The notes below the pieces were generated by a model that saw only the letters and a program-made list of their open reading frames with translations, was not told the DNA's origin and searched no databases. A program made the translations under genes and the position numbers. Source: Pseudomonadota bacterium (lineage in GTDB: Bacteria; Pseudomonadota; Gammaproteobacteria; Burkholderiales; UBA9220). From it: a stretch of DNA of 64,000 nucleotides. This document shows positions 43,146-52,177 of this stretch, one piece after another (within the stretch, counting starts at the first letter, position 1; every line of letters begins with the position of its first letter). The stretch lies in the NCBI GenBank assembly GCA_021845865.1, contig JAJZVC010000010.1, forward strand, positions 840 through 64,839, given 5' to 3'.

Positions 43146-44570
43146 ATGACCCCTCAGCAGCGATTCAAACCGGCCCGTCAGGCCCTGATGCTGGCCTTGA
43201 TCGTGGCCGCCTTCCCCCTCGGCGCCCAGGCCTCGGCGGGCAGGCTGGATTTCGTCTTCGGCCGCGTGACGGCGACTGGCGTTGATGGCAAGGAACGGCT
43301 CCTTCTCAAGGGCGACGAAATCAACTCCGGCGAAGCCGTGAATACCGCCCCCAATGCCCGGGCGCAAATCCGCTTTACCGACGGGGCTTTCATGTCCCTG
43401 CAGCCCAGTACCACCTTCAAGGTGGACGACTATCGTTTCGCCGGCAAGGCTGACGGCAGTGAAAAGGGCTTCTTCAGCCTCGTCAAAGGCGGGCTGCGCA
43501 CTATTACCGGCGCCATCGGCCACGGCAAGAACCGGGACGCCTATCAGGTCTCGACCCCTGCCGCCACCATCGGCATCCGGGGGACCGGCTACACCGCCAA
43601 GTTGGGCAATAGCTTGTCGGTAAGCGTGGGCGAAGGCGCCATCGCGCTCCTCAATAATGGGGGCGCACTGGTGCTCACGGCGGGCCAGACTGGCTACGTG
43701 AAGGATTTCAACACCGCGCCGCAACTGACTTTCGAAAAGGCCTCCGCGCCGCCAGCGAGCCTTGGGTCGCAAAGCTCGACCAACACGAACGAGCAGAAAA
43801 ACCCGCCGCCGGAGTATTGTTCCGGTTGCAACACGGGCGGTGGCCTGGGGACTAAAACCATCACGGGGGTGACGGGGGTGATGTCGCGGAGTTCGTCTCT
43901 TGCCTATGGCAACACCACCATTGCCACGGATACGGGCGGCACGCTGGTGCTGGACGATTCCATGAACCGGGTCTATTACCAGGATGGGACGAGCGGGACC
44001 ATCACCAGCTTTACCGGGGCAACCCTCGACAAGACCTCATCCGGCAGCTATGCGCCCTATGGTTTCGATGGCATCGTCGGCTGGGGCCGTTGGTATGGGA
44101 CTCTCACCTATACCGAGGGCGGTGTAACCACCACCAGGACAGCTTCCTCGGCAGAGGGCATGCACGGAGTGGCTGGCTTGCCCGCCACGATGCCGACGGT
44201 GGGTTATGCCAGCTATAGCCTGAGCGGGGCGACGAACCCGACGGATGGTACCAATGTCGGCTATGGTACCGGTGGTTCCATCAGCGTCTATTTTGGCTCG
44301 TCCCCGTCCTTATCCGGTAACTACAGCTACCATCTTGCTGCTACCAACTACAACTTGACGTTTAGCGCCAGCAATTGGAGCGGTAGTCAGTTCACGACCA
44401 GTGGCAGTATCACGGGTGGTAGTGGCGGTAGTGCCAGTGTCCACGGCTTCTTTGCTGGGAGCAATGCCGAGCGCATCGGCATGTCCTTCCAAGGGACGAT
44501 CTCTAGCGGACCTACGCAAAACGGTGCGGCGGTGTATTCTCAAACTTATTACTCGCATACCGTGCCTTAA
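43146..44570 (+). CDS. Exported FecR-domain protein with TbpB-like C-terminal beta-barrel (candidate Slam/TXISS cargo)
   Basis: SPase-I type leader (...AAFPLGAQA/SAG, no lipobox Cys); FecR-type domain (LKGDEINSGEAVNTAPNARAQIRFTDGAFMSLQPST); C-terminus ASVHGFFAGSNAERIGMSFQG resembles the terminal strands of TbpB-type barrels. Confidence 0.6.
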   Translation: MTPQQRFKPARQALMLALIVAAFPLGAQASAGRLDFVFGRVTATGVDGKERLLLKGDEINSGEAVNTAPNARAQIRFTDGAFMSLQPSTTFKVDDYRFAGKADGSEKGFFSLVKGGLRTITGAIGHGKNRDAYQVSTPAATIGIRGTGYTAKLGNSLSVSVGEGAIALLNNGGALVLTAGQTGYVKDFNTAPQLTFEKASAPPASLGSQSSTNTNEQKNPPPEYCSGCNTGGGLGTKTITGVTGVMSRSSSLAYGNTTIATDTGGTLVLDDSMNRVYYQDGTSGTITSFTGATLDKTSSGSYAPYGFDGIVGWGRWYGTLTYTEGGVTTTRTASSAEGMHGVAGLPATMPTVGYASYSLSGATNPTDGTNVGYGTGGSISVYFGSSPSLSGNYSYHLAATNYNLTFSASNWSGSQFTTSGSITGGSGGSASVHGFFAGSNAERIGMSFQGTISSGPTQNGAAVYSQTYYSHTVP

Positions 44571-44597
44571 TTCGCAAGTGGATTGCTCCCTTCGTAC

Positions 44598-44630
44598 AAA
44601 AACCGCAGCGCAATGCTGCGGTTTTTATTT
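44598..44630 (+). terminator. Rho-independent terminator
   Basis: AAAAACCGCAGC-GCAAT-GCTGCGGTTTTT then ATTT, 28 nt after the stop at 44570; shows that track start 44583 for the next ORF is spurious. Confidence 0.85.
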
Positions 44631-44639
44631 GAGCCGGGC

Positions 44640-46718
44640 ATGAGCTCGCACTACGAGACCGCCCTGGAAAAGATTCGCTGTGGCGAATGGACGTCTGCGT
44701 TGGAATACTTGGAGCGGGCGGTTGCGCAAGACCCATCCAATGTGGCCGTTCGAGGGGCCAAGGGAACCGTGCTCTTTAACCTTGGCCGTCTTGGCGAGGC
44801 GGAACGGGTCCTGCGTAAAGCGCTCCACCTGGACAAGGGGAACGTTCAGGTCCGGGGCGATCTGGCGTTTGTGCTCGAACATTTGGGACGGCCTGCCGAG
44901 GCGCTGGAGCAATATGACCGGGTTTTGGAGATTGCCCCGGACCACATGCAGGCGCGGGTGAATCGAGGCGGCGTGCTGATGTCCCTGGGGCGTCATGCCG
45001 AAGCGCTGGCCAACAACCATTCCGTCGCGGCGGCTTACCCCGAGCGGCCTCTCGCCCACTTCAACCTTGGCGAGGCGCTGCTGGCCGTTGGGGAATGGGG
45101 GGCGGCGCTGGCGGCTTTCGACGAGGCTTTAAGGCTGCAGCCGGATTATGCCAAGGCCCACTTCAACTGCGGGGTGGCGTTGTCCATGGTGGCGGAATTC
45201 GCCGGGGCCAAGGAGGCTTTCGCCGTGGCAAGGCGGCTGGACGAACCGCTTTATCGCCAGTGTCTGGAGAATGTCCGGCGCGCGTCCGGACTTGACCGCC
45301 TGCTTCTCGATGCGGTGCCGCAACGCATCTACCTGTCGGGCATGTACGTTCGCCAGGAAGCCTGCGATTGGCGCAACCGAACGGCGTATAGAGAAAATTT
45401 CCTGCGCTGGCTGGAAAATGGCGAGCCTTTCATGGACGACCAAGCCTTGGCGTTTCAGGGGCTGTCGTTATTGCGCGAACCGCGACACCAGCTGGAACTC
45501 TGTCGGCGGATAGCGGGCAAAATAGTCAGGGAGGCCGGGCTTCCGTTGCCCCCGCCTTCGCCTTTCCCGGGGAAAAAAGAAAAAATCCGCGTGGGTTATG
45601 TGTCGCCGGATTTCCGTTTTCACCCCACGGCCCGGCTGTCGCGGCAGCTTTTTCACCTCCACGATCGCGAACGCTTTGAAGTCTATGCCTATTCACTCCA
45701 GCCAGACGATGGGAGCGCGCTGCATCGCGACATTCGTCATGCCTGTGACCGTTTCGTCGATGTCGCCGGGCTGGGTTCTCGCGAGTTGGCGCAACGTATC
45801 CGGGAGGATGGGATTGATATCCTGGTGGATATGGCAGGGCATACCCGCAAGAGCCGATTCGAGGTCTTTGCCCTGCGGGCGGCGCCCCTGCAAGTGGCTT
45901 ACCTGGCATTTCCGAGCACCACTGGAGCGGATTTCATCGATTATCTGGTGACGGATGCCGTGACCAGCCCCGCCGGTTCGGCGCGGTTTTATTCCGAGAG
46001 GCTGGTTTTCCTGCCGCGAAGCTACGTGATGTACGACAACGAACAAAGGGTCGGGGCCGCGCCATCCCGCCGCGAGGCGGGGTTGCCGGAAAACGGCACG
46101 GTATTCTGCTGCTTCAACAATCCTTACAAGGTCGAGCCGGAGATATATTCCGTCTGGATGCGCATCCTGGAAAGGGTCCCGGGCAGCATCTTGTGGCTCC
46201 TTGCGGGAAAGGAAGGCGTGGAAAGCAATCTGCGCCGGGAGGCGGAGGTTCGGGGCGTTGCGCCGGAGCGCCTGGTTTTCGCTCCCTTTGTCGGCGATTC
46301 GCCACGCCATCTTGCCCGCTATCGCCTGGCCGATTTGTTTCTCGACACGACGGTATGCAACGCACATACTACCGCAGCGGATGCCCTCTGGGCGGGCCTG
46401 CCCGTTCTCACTTGCGCGGGAGAGGCTCATTGGTCCCGGGTGGCGGCCAGTTTGCTGGAGTCGGTGGGATTGCCGGAATTGGTTGCGGCGAATTTGATGG
46501 AATACGAGAACAGGGCGGTGGCGTTGGCCCGCCGGCCCCAGGATATGGCGGAATTGAAATCCAAGCTGGAGCACCATAAAAGAACGTGGCCGCTGTTCGA
46601 TACGGCGGCGCTGGTGACGTCTTTGGAGGAAGCCTATCAACGGATGTGGGGCCGGCATCTGGCCGGCCAGCCTCCGCGGTCGTTCAGCCTGCCTGCGGCG
46701 GCTAGCAAGGGAGGGTGA
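44640..46718 (+). CDS. TPR-repeat protein with GT41 (O-GlcNAc transferase/SPINDLY-like) C-terminal domain
   Basis: 692 aa from ATG 44640; several TPRs then VGYVSPDFRFHPT...DILVDMAGHT...FCCFNNPYKV...DLFLDTTVCNAHTTAADALWAGLPVLT. Confidence 0.8.
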   Translation: MSSHYETALEKIRCGEWTSALEYLERAVAQDPSNVAVRGAKGTVLFNLGRLGEAERVLRKALHLDKGNVQVRGDLAFVLEHLGRPAEALEQYDRVLEIAPDHMQARVNRGGVLMSLGRHAEALANNHSVAAAYPERPLAHFNLGEALLAVGEWGAALAAFDEALRLQPDYAKAHFNCGVALSMVAEFAGAKEAFAVARRLDEPLYRQCLENVRRASGLDRLLLDAVPQRIYLSGMYVRQEACDWRNRTAYRENFLRWLENGEPFMDDQALAFQGLSLLREPRHQLELCRRIAGKIVREAGLPLPPPSPFPGKKEKIRVGYVSPDFRFHPTARLSRQLFHLHDRERFEVYAYSLQPDDGSALHRDIRHACDRFVDVAGLGSRELAQRIREDGIDILVDMAGHTRKSRFEVFALRAAPLQVAYLAFPSTTGADFIDYLVTDAVTSPAGSARFYSERLVFLPRSYVMYDNEQRVGAAPSRREAGLPENGTVFCCFNNPYKVEPEIYSVWMRILERVPGSILWLLAGKEGVESNLRREAEVRGVAPERLVFAPFVGDSPRHLARYRLADLFLDTTVCNAHTTAADALWAGLPVLTCAGEAHWSRVAASLLESVGLPELVAANLMEYENRAVALARRPQDMAELKSKLEHHKRTWPLFDTAALVTSLEEAYQRMWGRHLAGQPPRSFSLPAAASKGG

Positions 46719-47738
46719 GTGGCCATGGCCGGAAAACTGACCCTCGCGGCGATAGCGCGCTTGACCCGTCAACGCTATCACCATGATCTGGTGGCGAATC
46801 TGGTGAGTCTGGCGGCCCGCCTGCTGGGAACGCGGTCCGTCGGCTATTACGAAGTGGCGGCTCCGGAGGAGGAGGGCGGCTCGCCCAGGTTCCAGAACTA
46901 CCTGGCGCCTGACGGCCCGCCGCCATCTTGGGGGGAAGAGAAGGTTTTGCTGCGCGCCTATCGGCGCCGCCGGCCAGTCAGGGGGAAGGTGTCTCATGGG
47001 GCGGGACAGAAAACCTGCGTGGTTTACCCGATATTGGGGGCGGCAGGGGTGCAGGCCTTGTTGCTGGCGCGGGTGCGCGCCGCTCAATCGGCCGGCCAGC
47101 GGGAACTGGGCCAGCTGCTGGCGGTGTATCAAAACTTTCTCCAGCTGTTCGAGCGCGTGGACCGCGATGCCTTGACGGGGCTTTACAACCGCCAGGCATT
47201 CGGCGAAACCATCAACCGCATCATGCATCCGGCACGGGGGGCACGAGGCCGGCGCAAGGACCGGGAGCATGTCTATTGGCTGGGCATCCTGGATATCGAT
47301 CACTTCAAGAACGTGAACGACCGCCACGGCCACCTCATCGGGGACGAGGTGCTGCTGCTGTTCGCCCGCCTGATGCGGGATACTTTCCGCTACGAGGACA
47401 GGCTGTTCCGTTACGGCGGGGAGGAGTTCATCGTTCTTCTGGAGGGGGCGAACGGCGATAGCGCGCAGCAGGTATTCGAGCGCTTCCGGTTGGCGGTGGA
47501 GGCAACCCGTTTTCCGCAGGATACCCGCATTACCGTCAGCATCGGCTACACCGAAATTTCCCACGAAGGTCTGCCCAGCGACGTCATCGACCGGGCCGAC
47601 CGGGCTCTTTACGTCGCCAAGAACTCCGGCCGCAATCAGGTCTTGGGGTACGAGGATCTCCTCGCCCAGGGACGCCTGCGCCAAGCCGAATATCCCTCCC
47701 ATCAGGACATCCAGCTCTGGCTCAACGCCAAGGCGTAA
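46719..47738 (+). CDS. Diguanylate cyclase (GGDEF) with N-terminal GAF-like region
   Basis: LTGLYNRQAF...DIDHFKNVNDRHGHLIGDEVL...RYGGEEFIVLL; GTG 46719 abuts the upstream stop (alternative ATG 46725). Confidence 0.85.
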   Translation: MAMAGKLTLAAIARLTRQRYHHDLVANLVSLAARLLGTRSVGYYEVAAPEEEGGSPRFQNYLAPDGPPPSWGEEKVLLRAYRRRRPVRGKVSHGAGQKTCVVYPILGAAGVQALLLARVRAAQSAGQRELGQLLAVYQNFLQLFERVDRDALTGLYNRQAFGETINRIMHPARGARGRRKDREHVYWLGILDIDHFKNVNDRHGHLIGDEVLLLFARLMRDTFRYEDRLFRYGGEEFIVLLEGANGDSAQQVFERFRLAVEATRFPQDTRITVSIGYTEISHEGLPSDVIDRADRALYVAKNSGRNQVLGYEDLLAQGRLRQAEYPSHQDIQLWLNAKA

Positions 47739-47876
47739 GCGCGCTGGCCTGTCTATCTCCTTGCCCCAGCAGAGAAATGCCAGGGGCTTGTTTTTAGTTA
47801 CGGCGCATATCTAATAAGTTGCATTTATTATTTATCGCTTTATACTGAAAACTAAGGTTTTTTATTGGGGGGTGTC

Positions 47877-48512
47877 ATGAGAGCAAATTCTGCCGCCAAG
47901 GAACATGTCGGATCGGGGCCGGGGGGCATCCCGGGGGTCTATCCTGTGGCCTCCGGGAATCAGAACTGCGCCTGGATGCGTGCCCCGTGGGGGGAGGAGG
48001 ATGATGGGCTCCACGCCGAGCGGCGCGCCGAGGTGAAAAGCGACCGTTACCAGCGAGCCGTCTCCCGCCTGCTGAAAGAGGAAGTGCTGTACGTCAAGTT
48101 CAGCGAGGCGGAGGGATGCCTGACCATCAAGATTCGCGGCGGCACGATGCGGGATTTCGGCGATTGCCTGGTGATGGAGAACGGCACCGACCGCGAAATA
48201 GCCTGTCTGGGCAAGCTGGTGGGCTTCAAGCAGTGGCAGTCCCTGGAGTTGTCGGGGAGCAGCCGTTTCCGGGAACAGGCCATGCTGGAATGCCTGCGCT
48301 ACGGCGTGCAGGTGCTGGGGTGCTCCATGCCCGAGCATTTGCGGGCCAGACTGATGGAAATGAAGCGCGAGCCGGCGCGCCCGGTGCTGCGTCCCGTCGC
48401 GGCGCCCAAGCCGCGCTCTGCGCCGAAAGCGGCCGAACCCTTGGGGAAGGATGCCGAGCGGGAGATGCTGGAATCCGTGGAGCACTACATCCTGGACATG
48501 CTGAGCGATTAA
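47877..48512 (+). CDS. Hypothetical protein
   Basis: 211 codons from ATG 47877 with GC-rich third positions; preceded by an AT-rich 140-nt region; no family confidently recognised. Confidence 0.5.
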   Translation: MRANSAAKEHVGSGPGGIPGVYPVASGNQNCAWMRAPWGEEDDGLHAERRAEVKSDRYQRAVSRLLKEEVLYVKFSEAEGCLTIKIRGGTMRDFGDCLVMENGTDREIACLGKLVGFKQWQSLELSGSSRFREQAMLECLRYGVQVLGCSMPEHLRARLMEMKREPARPVLRPVAAPKPRSAPKAAEPLGKDAEREMLESVEHYILDMLSD

Positions 48513-49114
48513 ACGCTCAGGGGCTGACCCCAGCTACCCTCGAAAAACAGTTCTCCCAGGGGCGCGCGGCTGCGCGGAGCCAGTTCCGCCTCCTTCAATT
48601 CTCCCGTCAGCATGTCCGCTTCGGCGGGATGGCCGACAGCGATCATCGCCATGCAGGCAAAGGCTTCGGGAATGGAAAATTCCTGGCGGATTTTCTCGGC
48701 GTCGAAACCGCCCATCTGGTGCGCCATCAGTCCCAGCGCAACTGCTTGCAGGCACAGGTTCTCGCTCGCCGCCCCCGTGTCGTACTGCCCCCAGCGGTTG
48801 GGTTTGCCGTTGTGGCGGAAAGCGCTGTTGGCGGTCGCCAGCAGCAGCACGGGGGCGTTCTTCACCCAGGTCTGATTGCCTTCGGCCAGGCAAGCGAACG
48901 CCCGCCGCCACGATGCTTCATCCCTGAAACGGTCCCAGACCAGAAAACGCCAGGGCTGGTCGCCGAAACAGGAGGGCGCCCAGCGGGCGGCCTCCAGGAG
49001 GGCAACCAGCTGCTCCTGCGGCACGCCTTGGCTCGGGTCGAAGGCGCGCCCGCTCCAGCGGCGGGCAATGATGTCATGGATGGGGTAGCGGGTGGCAGCG
49101 GGTTTTTCGCTCAT
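48509..49114 (-). CDS. Nitroreductase-family protein
   Basis: 201 aa; IIARRWSGRAF...LLEAARWAPSCFGDQPWRF... Confidence 0.85.
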   Translation of the reverse strand: MSEKPAATRYPIHDIIARRWSGRAFDPSQGVPQEQLVALLEAARWAPSCFGDQPWRFLVWDRFRDEASWRRAFACLAEGNQTWVKNAPVLLLATANSAFRHNGKPNRWGQYDTGAASENLCLQAVALGLMAHQMGGFDAEKIRQEFSIPEAFACMAMIAVGHPAEADMLTGELKEAELAPRSRAPLGELFFEGSWGQPLSV

Positions 49115-49121
49115 TTCGGCC

Positions 49122-49724
49122 TCACGGTTGGTTGATGGGGCGGACGCCTTCCACCAGCAATGTTACTTCAATTTCGTTGCCCACCGGGCCTCCGCCCGGG
49201 AAATTAAGCCCCCAGTCGATGCCGTAGTCGCTACGCTTGAGCGTGGCGTGGCCTTCGAAGCCGGCGCGGACCTTGCCCGCCCCCGTGGGGGTCGTGTCCG
49301 GTCCGAAGCCGAGGATGCGGAAGGGAAAATGGATGTCACGCGTCACGCCGTGGAGGGTCAGCTTGCCGTAAAGGATGCCGCTGTCCGGCCCAGTGGGTTT
49401 CACGGCGGTACTGACGAAGCGCATGGTGGGAAACTTGAGGACGTCCAGGAAGGCGTTGCTCAAAACGTGCACGTCCCGTTCCCGGTGGCTGGAGTTGAGG
49501 GACAGGACGACAATGGTGACGTCCACCGAGGAGTTGGCCAGCTTGTCCCGGTCCACTTTCACCGTGCCGTTAACGTCGGAAAAGGTGCCGCTGGTCTTGG
49601 AGACCGTGTGGCGGATGGCCCAGTTGGCGAAGCTGTGGGCGTTGTCGATAGTGTAAGTCTCCACTTCCGCCAAGGCGACGGCCGGGGAGAGGAGGGCGAG
49701 GAAGAGCAGGCTGCGTAGTGACAT
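49122..49724 (-). CDS. YceI-family periplasmic protein
   Basis: Signal peptide then YTIDNAHSFANWAIRHTVSKTSGTFSDVNGTVKVD...LTLHGVTRDI. Confidence 0.85.
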   Translation of the reverse strand: MSLRSLLFLALLSPAVALAEVETYTIDNAHSFANWAIRHTVSKTSGTFSDVNGTVKVDRDKLANSSVDVTIVVLSLNSSHRERDVHVLSNAFLDVLKFPTMRFVSTAVKPTGPDSGILYGKLTLHGVTRDIHFPFRILGFGPDTTPTGAGKVRAGFEGHATLKRSDYGIDWGLNFPGGGPVGNEIEVTLLVEGVRPINQP

Positions 49725-49739
49725 GGCGGGTCCCCTTGT

Positions 49740-50309
49740 TCAAGGGTGGGTAAAGCGGGCCGCCAGCTCGGCCACGCGGCGCCCCAGGTGTTCGGCGGTG
49801 CGGCGGTCGCTGGCGCTTGGACCCATGTCGGGGCCCTGGTCGACGTTGGACTGGCCCATGGCGCCGAGGAAACTGCCCAGGCGGTTGAGGTCGTCCGGCC
49901 CGCCCTGGCTGGAATTGTTGCCGGGGAGAAGACCGAGGGATACCCAGAGCATGCCGTGCTGGGCGGCGAAGGTGGCGAGCTGGACCAGGGAGTTGAATTT
50001 GTCGCCGCTCTGGCTGCCGGAATTGGTGAAGCCCGCGGCCAGCTTGTCCTTCCATTTTTGCGCGAACCAGACCTTCGAACTGGCGTCCATGAAGGTTTTG
50101 AACGGGGCGGAAAGACTGCCCATGTAAGTGGGGGCGCCGAAAATGATGGCATCGGCGGCGTTCAGCGCATCCCAGTGTTGATCGGCGTCTTCCGCCGCCA
50201 CCAGCGAGGCTTCCGTTCCGGCAACGGCTTGGGCGCCGGCCAGAACGGATTCCGCCAGTACCTTGGTGTGGCCGTAGCCACTGTGATACACGATGGCAAC
50301 TTTACTCAT
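49740..50309 (-). CDS. Flavodoxin-like NAD(P)H:quinone oxidoreductase (WrbA-like)
   Basis: 189 aa from ATG 50307-50309: MSKVAIVYHSGYGHTKVLAESV...IIFGAPTYMGSLS. Confidence 0.8.
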   Translation of the reverse strand: MSKVAIVYHSGYGHTKVLAESVLAGAQAVAGTEASLVAAEDADQHWDALNAADAIIFGAPTYMGSLSAPFKTFMDASSKVWFAQKWKDKLAAGFTNSGSQSGDKFNSLVQLATFAAQHGMLWVSLGLLPGNNSSQGGPDDLNRLGSFLGAMGQSNVDQGPDMGPSASDRRTAEHLGRRVAELAARFTHP

Positions 50310-50329
50310 GGGGCTCTCCTTTTCAAGGA

Positions 50330-51022
50330 TTAGGGTAGATCGAACAGCAGAAGTTCGGCGTTGCCCTCCAGGCGGATTTCGGGCTCGTTCTCGATGCGGG
50401 CGCCATCCCCGCCAGCCATCGGAATGCCGTTGAGGGACAAGGTGCCTCGGGCCACATGGAGGTAGCAGCGGCGGCCGTCGGCGGGGCGATGAGCCACGGG
50501 CTCGCCGTGTCCGAGCAGAGCGGCGTAAATGCGGGCATCCTGGTGGATGGTGACCGAGCCGTCGCGGCCGTCCGGAGAGGCGATGAGGCACAGGCGGCCG
50601 CGTTTGGCGCCGGGGCCGAAACTTTTTTGCTCATAGCCGGGGTCCAGGTTTTGCTCCTGGGGCAGCAGCCAGATTTGCAGCAGGTGTACCGCTTCGTCCT
50701 GGGAGGCGTTGAATTCGCTGTGGCGGATGCCGCGGCCCGCGCTCATGCGCTGCACATCGCCGGGCAGGATGGTGGAGCCGTGGCCGAGACTATCGCGATG
50801 GGCCAGGGCCCCCTCCAGGACGTAGGTGACGATTTCCATATTGCTGTGGGGGTGGGCGGGGAATCCGCCGCCGCCGGCGATGCGGTCGTCATTGATGACG
50901 CGCAGGGCGGAATAGCCGTTGTGCTCCGGGTCGAAGTAGTCGCCGAAAGAGAAGCTGTGCCAGGTATCCAGCCAGCCGTGGTCGAAATGGCCGCGTTCGG
51001 CATGGGGGCGAAGGCGTATCAT
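50330..51022 (-). CDS. Pirin-family protein
   Basis: 230 aa; HGWLDTWHSFSFGDYFDP...GFPAHPHSNMEIVTYVLEG. Confidence 0.9.
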   Translation of the reverse strand: MIRLRPHAERGHFDHGWLDTWHSFSFGDYFDPEHNGYSALRVINDDRIAGGGGFPAHPHSNMEIVTYVLEGALAHRDSLGHGSTILPGDVQRMSAGRGIRHSEFNASQDEAVHLLQIWLLPQEQNLDPGYEQKSFGPGAKRGRLCLIASPDGRDGSVTIHQDARIYAALLGHGEPVAHRPADGRRCYLHVARGTLSLNGIPMAGGDGARIENEPEIRLEGNAELLLFDLP

Positions 51023-51128
51023 CCGGACCTCCTGTTCTTTAAAATTGAATATGCAGGTCCTATGATAGACAATGATGTTGCTATAAGTTGCCGAAAAGTT
51101 CTGAGTAAATCATTCTAATATTTTGAAT

Positions 51129-52037
51129 ATGCGTCTGACTCTTGATGCCATTGCCGTGCTGGACGCCATTGAGCGCAAAGGGAGCTTTGCCGCGGCGGCG
51201 AAGGAATTGCACCGGGTGCCGTCGGCGATTACCTATGCCGTGCAGAAGCTGGAAAGCGACCTGGGGGTGCGTTTATTCGAACGCAGCGGCCATCGGGCCG
51301 TTCTGACGCCGGCGGGCGAGGCCCTGTTGGAGGAAGGCCGGCGCCTGTTGCAGGCGGCGTCCGCCCTGGAGGGGCGGGTCCGGCGGGTGGCCACCGGCTG
51401 GGAGGGCGAGTTGCGCGTGGCGGTGGGGGATTTGGTGCCCATGGCGCGGATTTATTCCCTGGCCTCCGATTTCTATGCCTTGGAAAGCGGTACCCGCCTC
51501 CGTTTGTCGCGGGAGGTGTTTGGCGGCTGCTGGGACGCGCTGGTTTCGGACCGTGCCGATTTGGTGATCGGCGCTCCCTCCGATGTCCCTTCCGGCGGCG
51601 GTTTTGCGGTGCGGGAGCTGGGGGCGGTGGAGTTCCGGTTCGCCGTGGCGCCTTTTCATTCCCTCGCCATGGCTCCGGAGCCCCTGGCCAACGAGGACAT
51701 CCTCCGCCACCGGGCCATCGCCGCCGCGGACAGTTCCCGCAGCCTGCCGCCGCGTACCGCCAACATCCTCTCCGGCCAGGATGTCCTGACGGTGCCGGAT
51801 TTTCGCGACAAGCTGGAGGCGCATTTGCTGGGCATGGGGGTGGGCTGGCTGCCGCGGCATCTGATCCAGTCCTTTGTCGCCGCCGGCCGCTTGGTGGTGA
51901 GGGAAACCGAAGAACGCCAGGCGCCGGTGGCCTTGGTGGCTGCCTGGCGGACGGGAAAGAAGGGGCGGGCCCTGGAATGGTTTCGCCAGCGCCTGGAGGA
52001 CGAGGCTTGGCGGGAGCGGCTGTTTTCGCCTTTTTGA
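51129..52037 (+). CDS. LysR-family transcriptional regulator
   Basis: HTH block LDAIERKGSFAAAAKELHRVPSAITYAVQKLE; divergent from the pirin gene; ATG 51129 (track start TTG 51123). Confidence 0.9.
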   Translation: MRLTLDAIAVLDAIERKGSFAAAAKELHRVPSAITYAVQKLESDLGVRLFERSGHRAVLTPAGEALLEEGRRLLQAASALEGRVRRVATGWEGELRVAVGDLVPMARIYSLASDFYALESGTRLRLSREVFGGCWDALVSDRADLVIGAPSDVPSGGGFAVRELGAVEFRFAVAPFHSLAMAPEPLANEDILRHRAIAAADSSRSLPPRTANILSGQDVLTVPDFRDKLEAHLLGMGVGWLPRHLIQSFVAAGRLVVRETEERQAPVALVAAWRTGKKGRALEWFRQRLEDEAWRERLFSPF

Positions 52038-52177
52038 CGCGTGGAAGGGGGATGGCCTAAGAAGCTGTCTCATGAAATGTGGCGAGCAGCGCCCGACCCT
52101 GGGTCACGGGTGCGCGGTAATTTATGAGGCAGTTTCTAAAGCTTAGGGGGGAAGCGGCCGATAAATAAATCAAGAGG

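Noticed and set aside
43700-44570. The Ser/Thr/Gly-rich C-terminal half of the FecR-domain protein as an autotransporter or adhesin repeat region.
   Set aside because: There is no clear tandem repeat periodicity and no autotransporter beta-domain-sized C-terminus. The terminal sequence fits a small TbpB-like barrel better, consistent with the adjacent DUF560-like gene.
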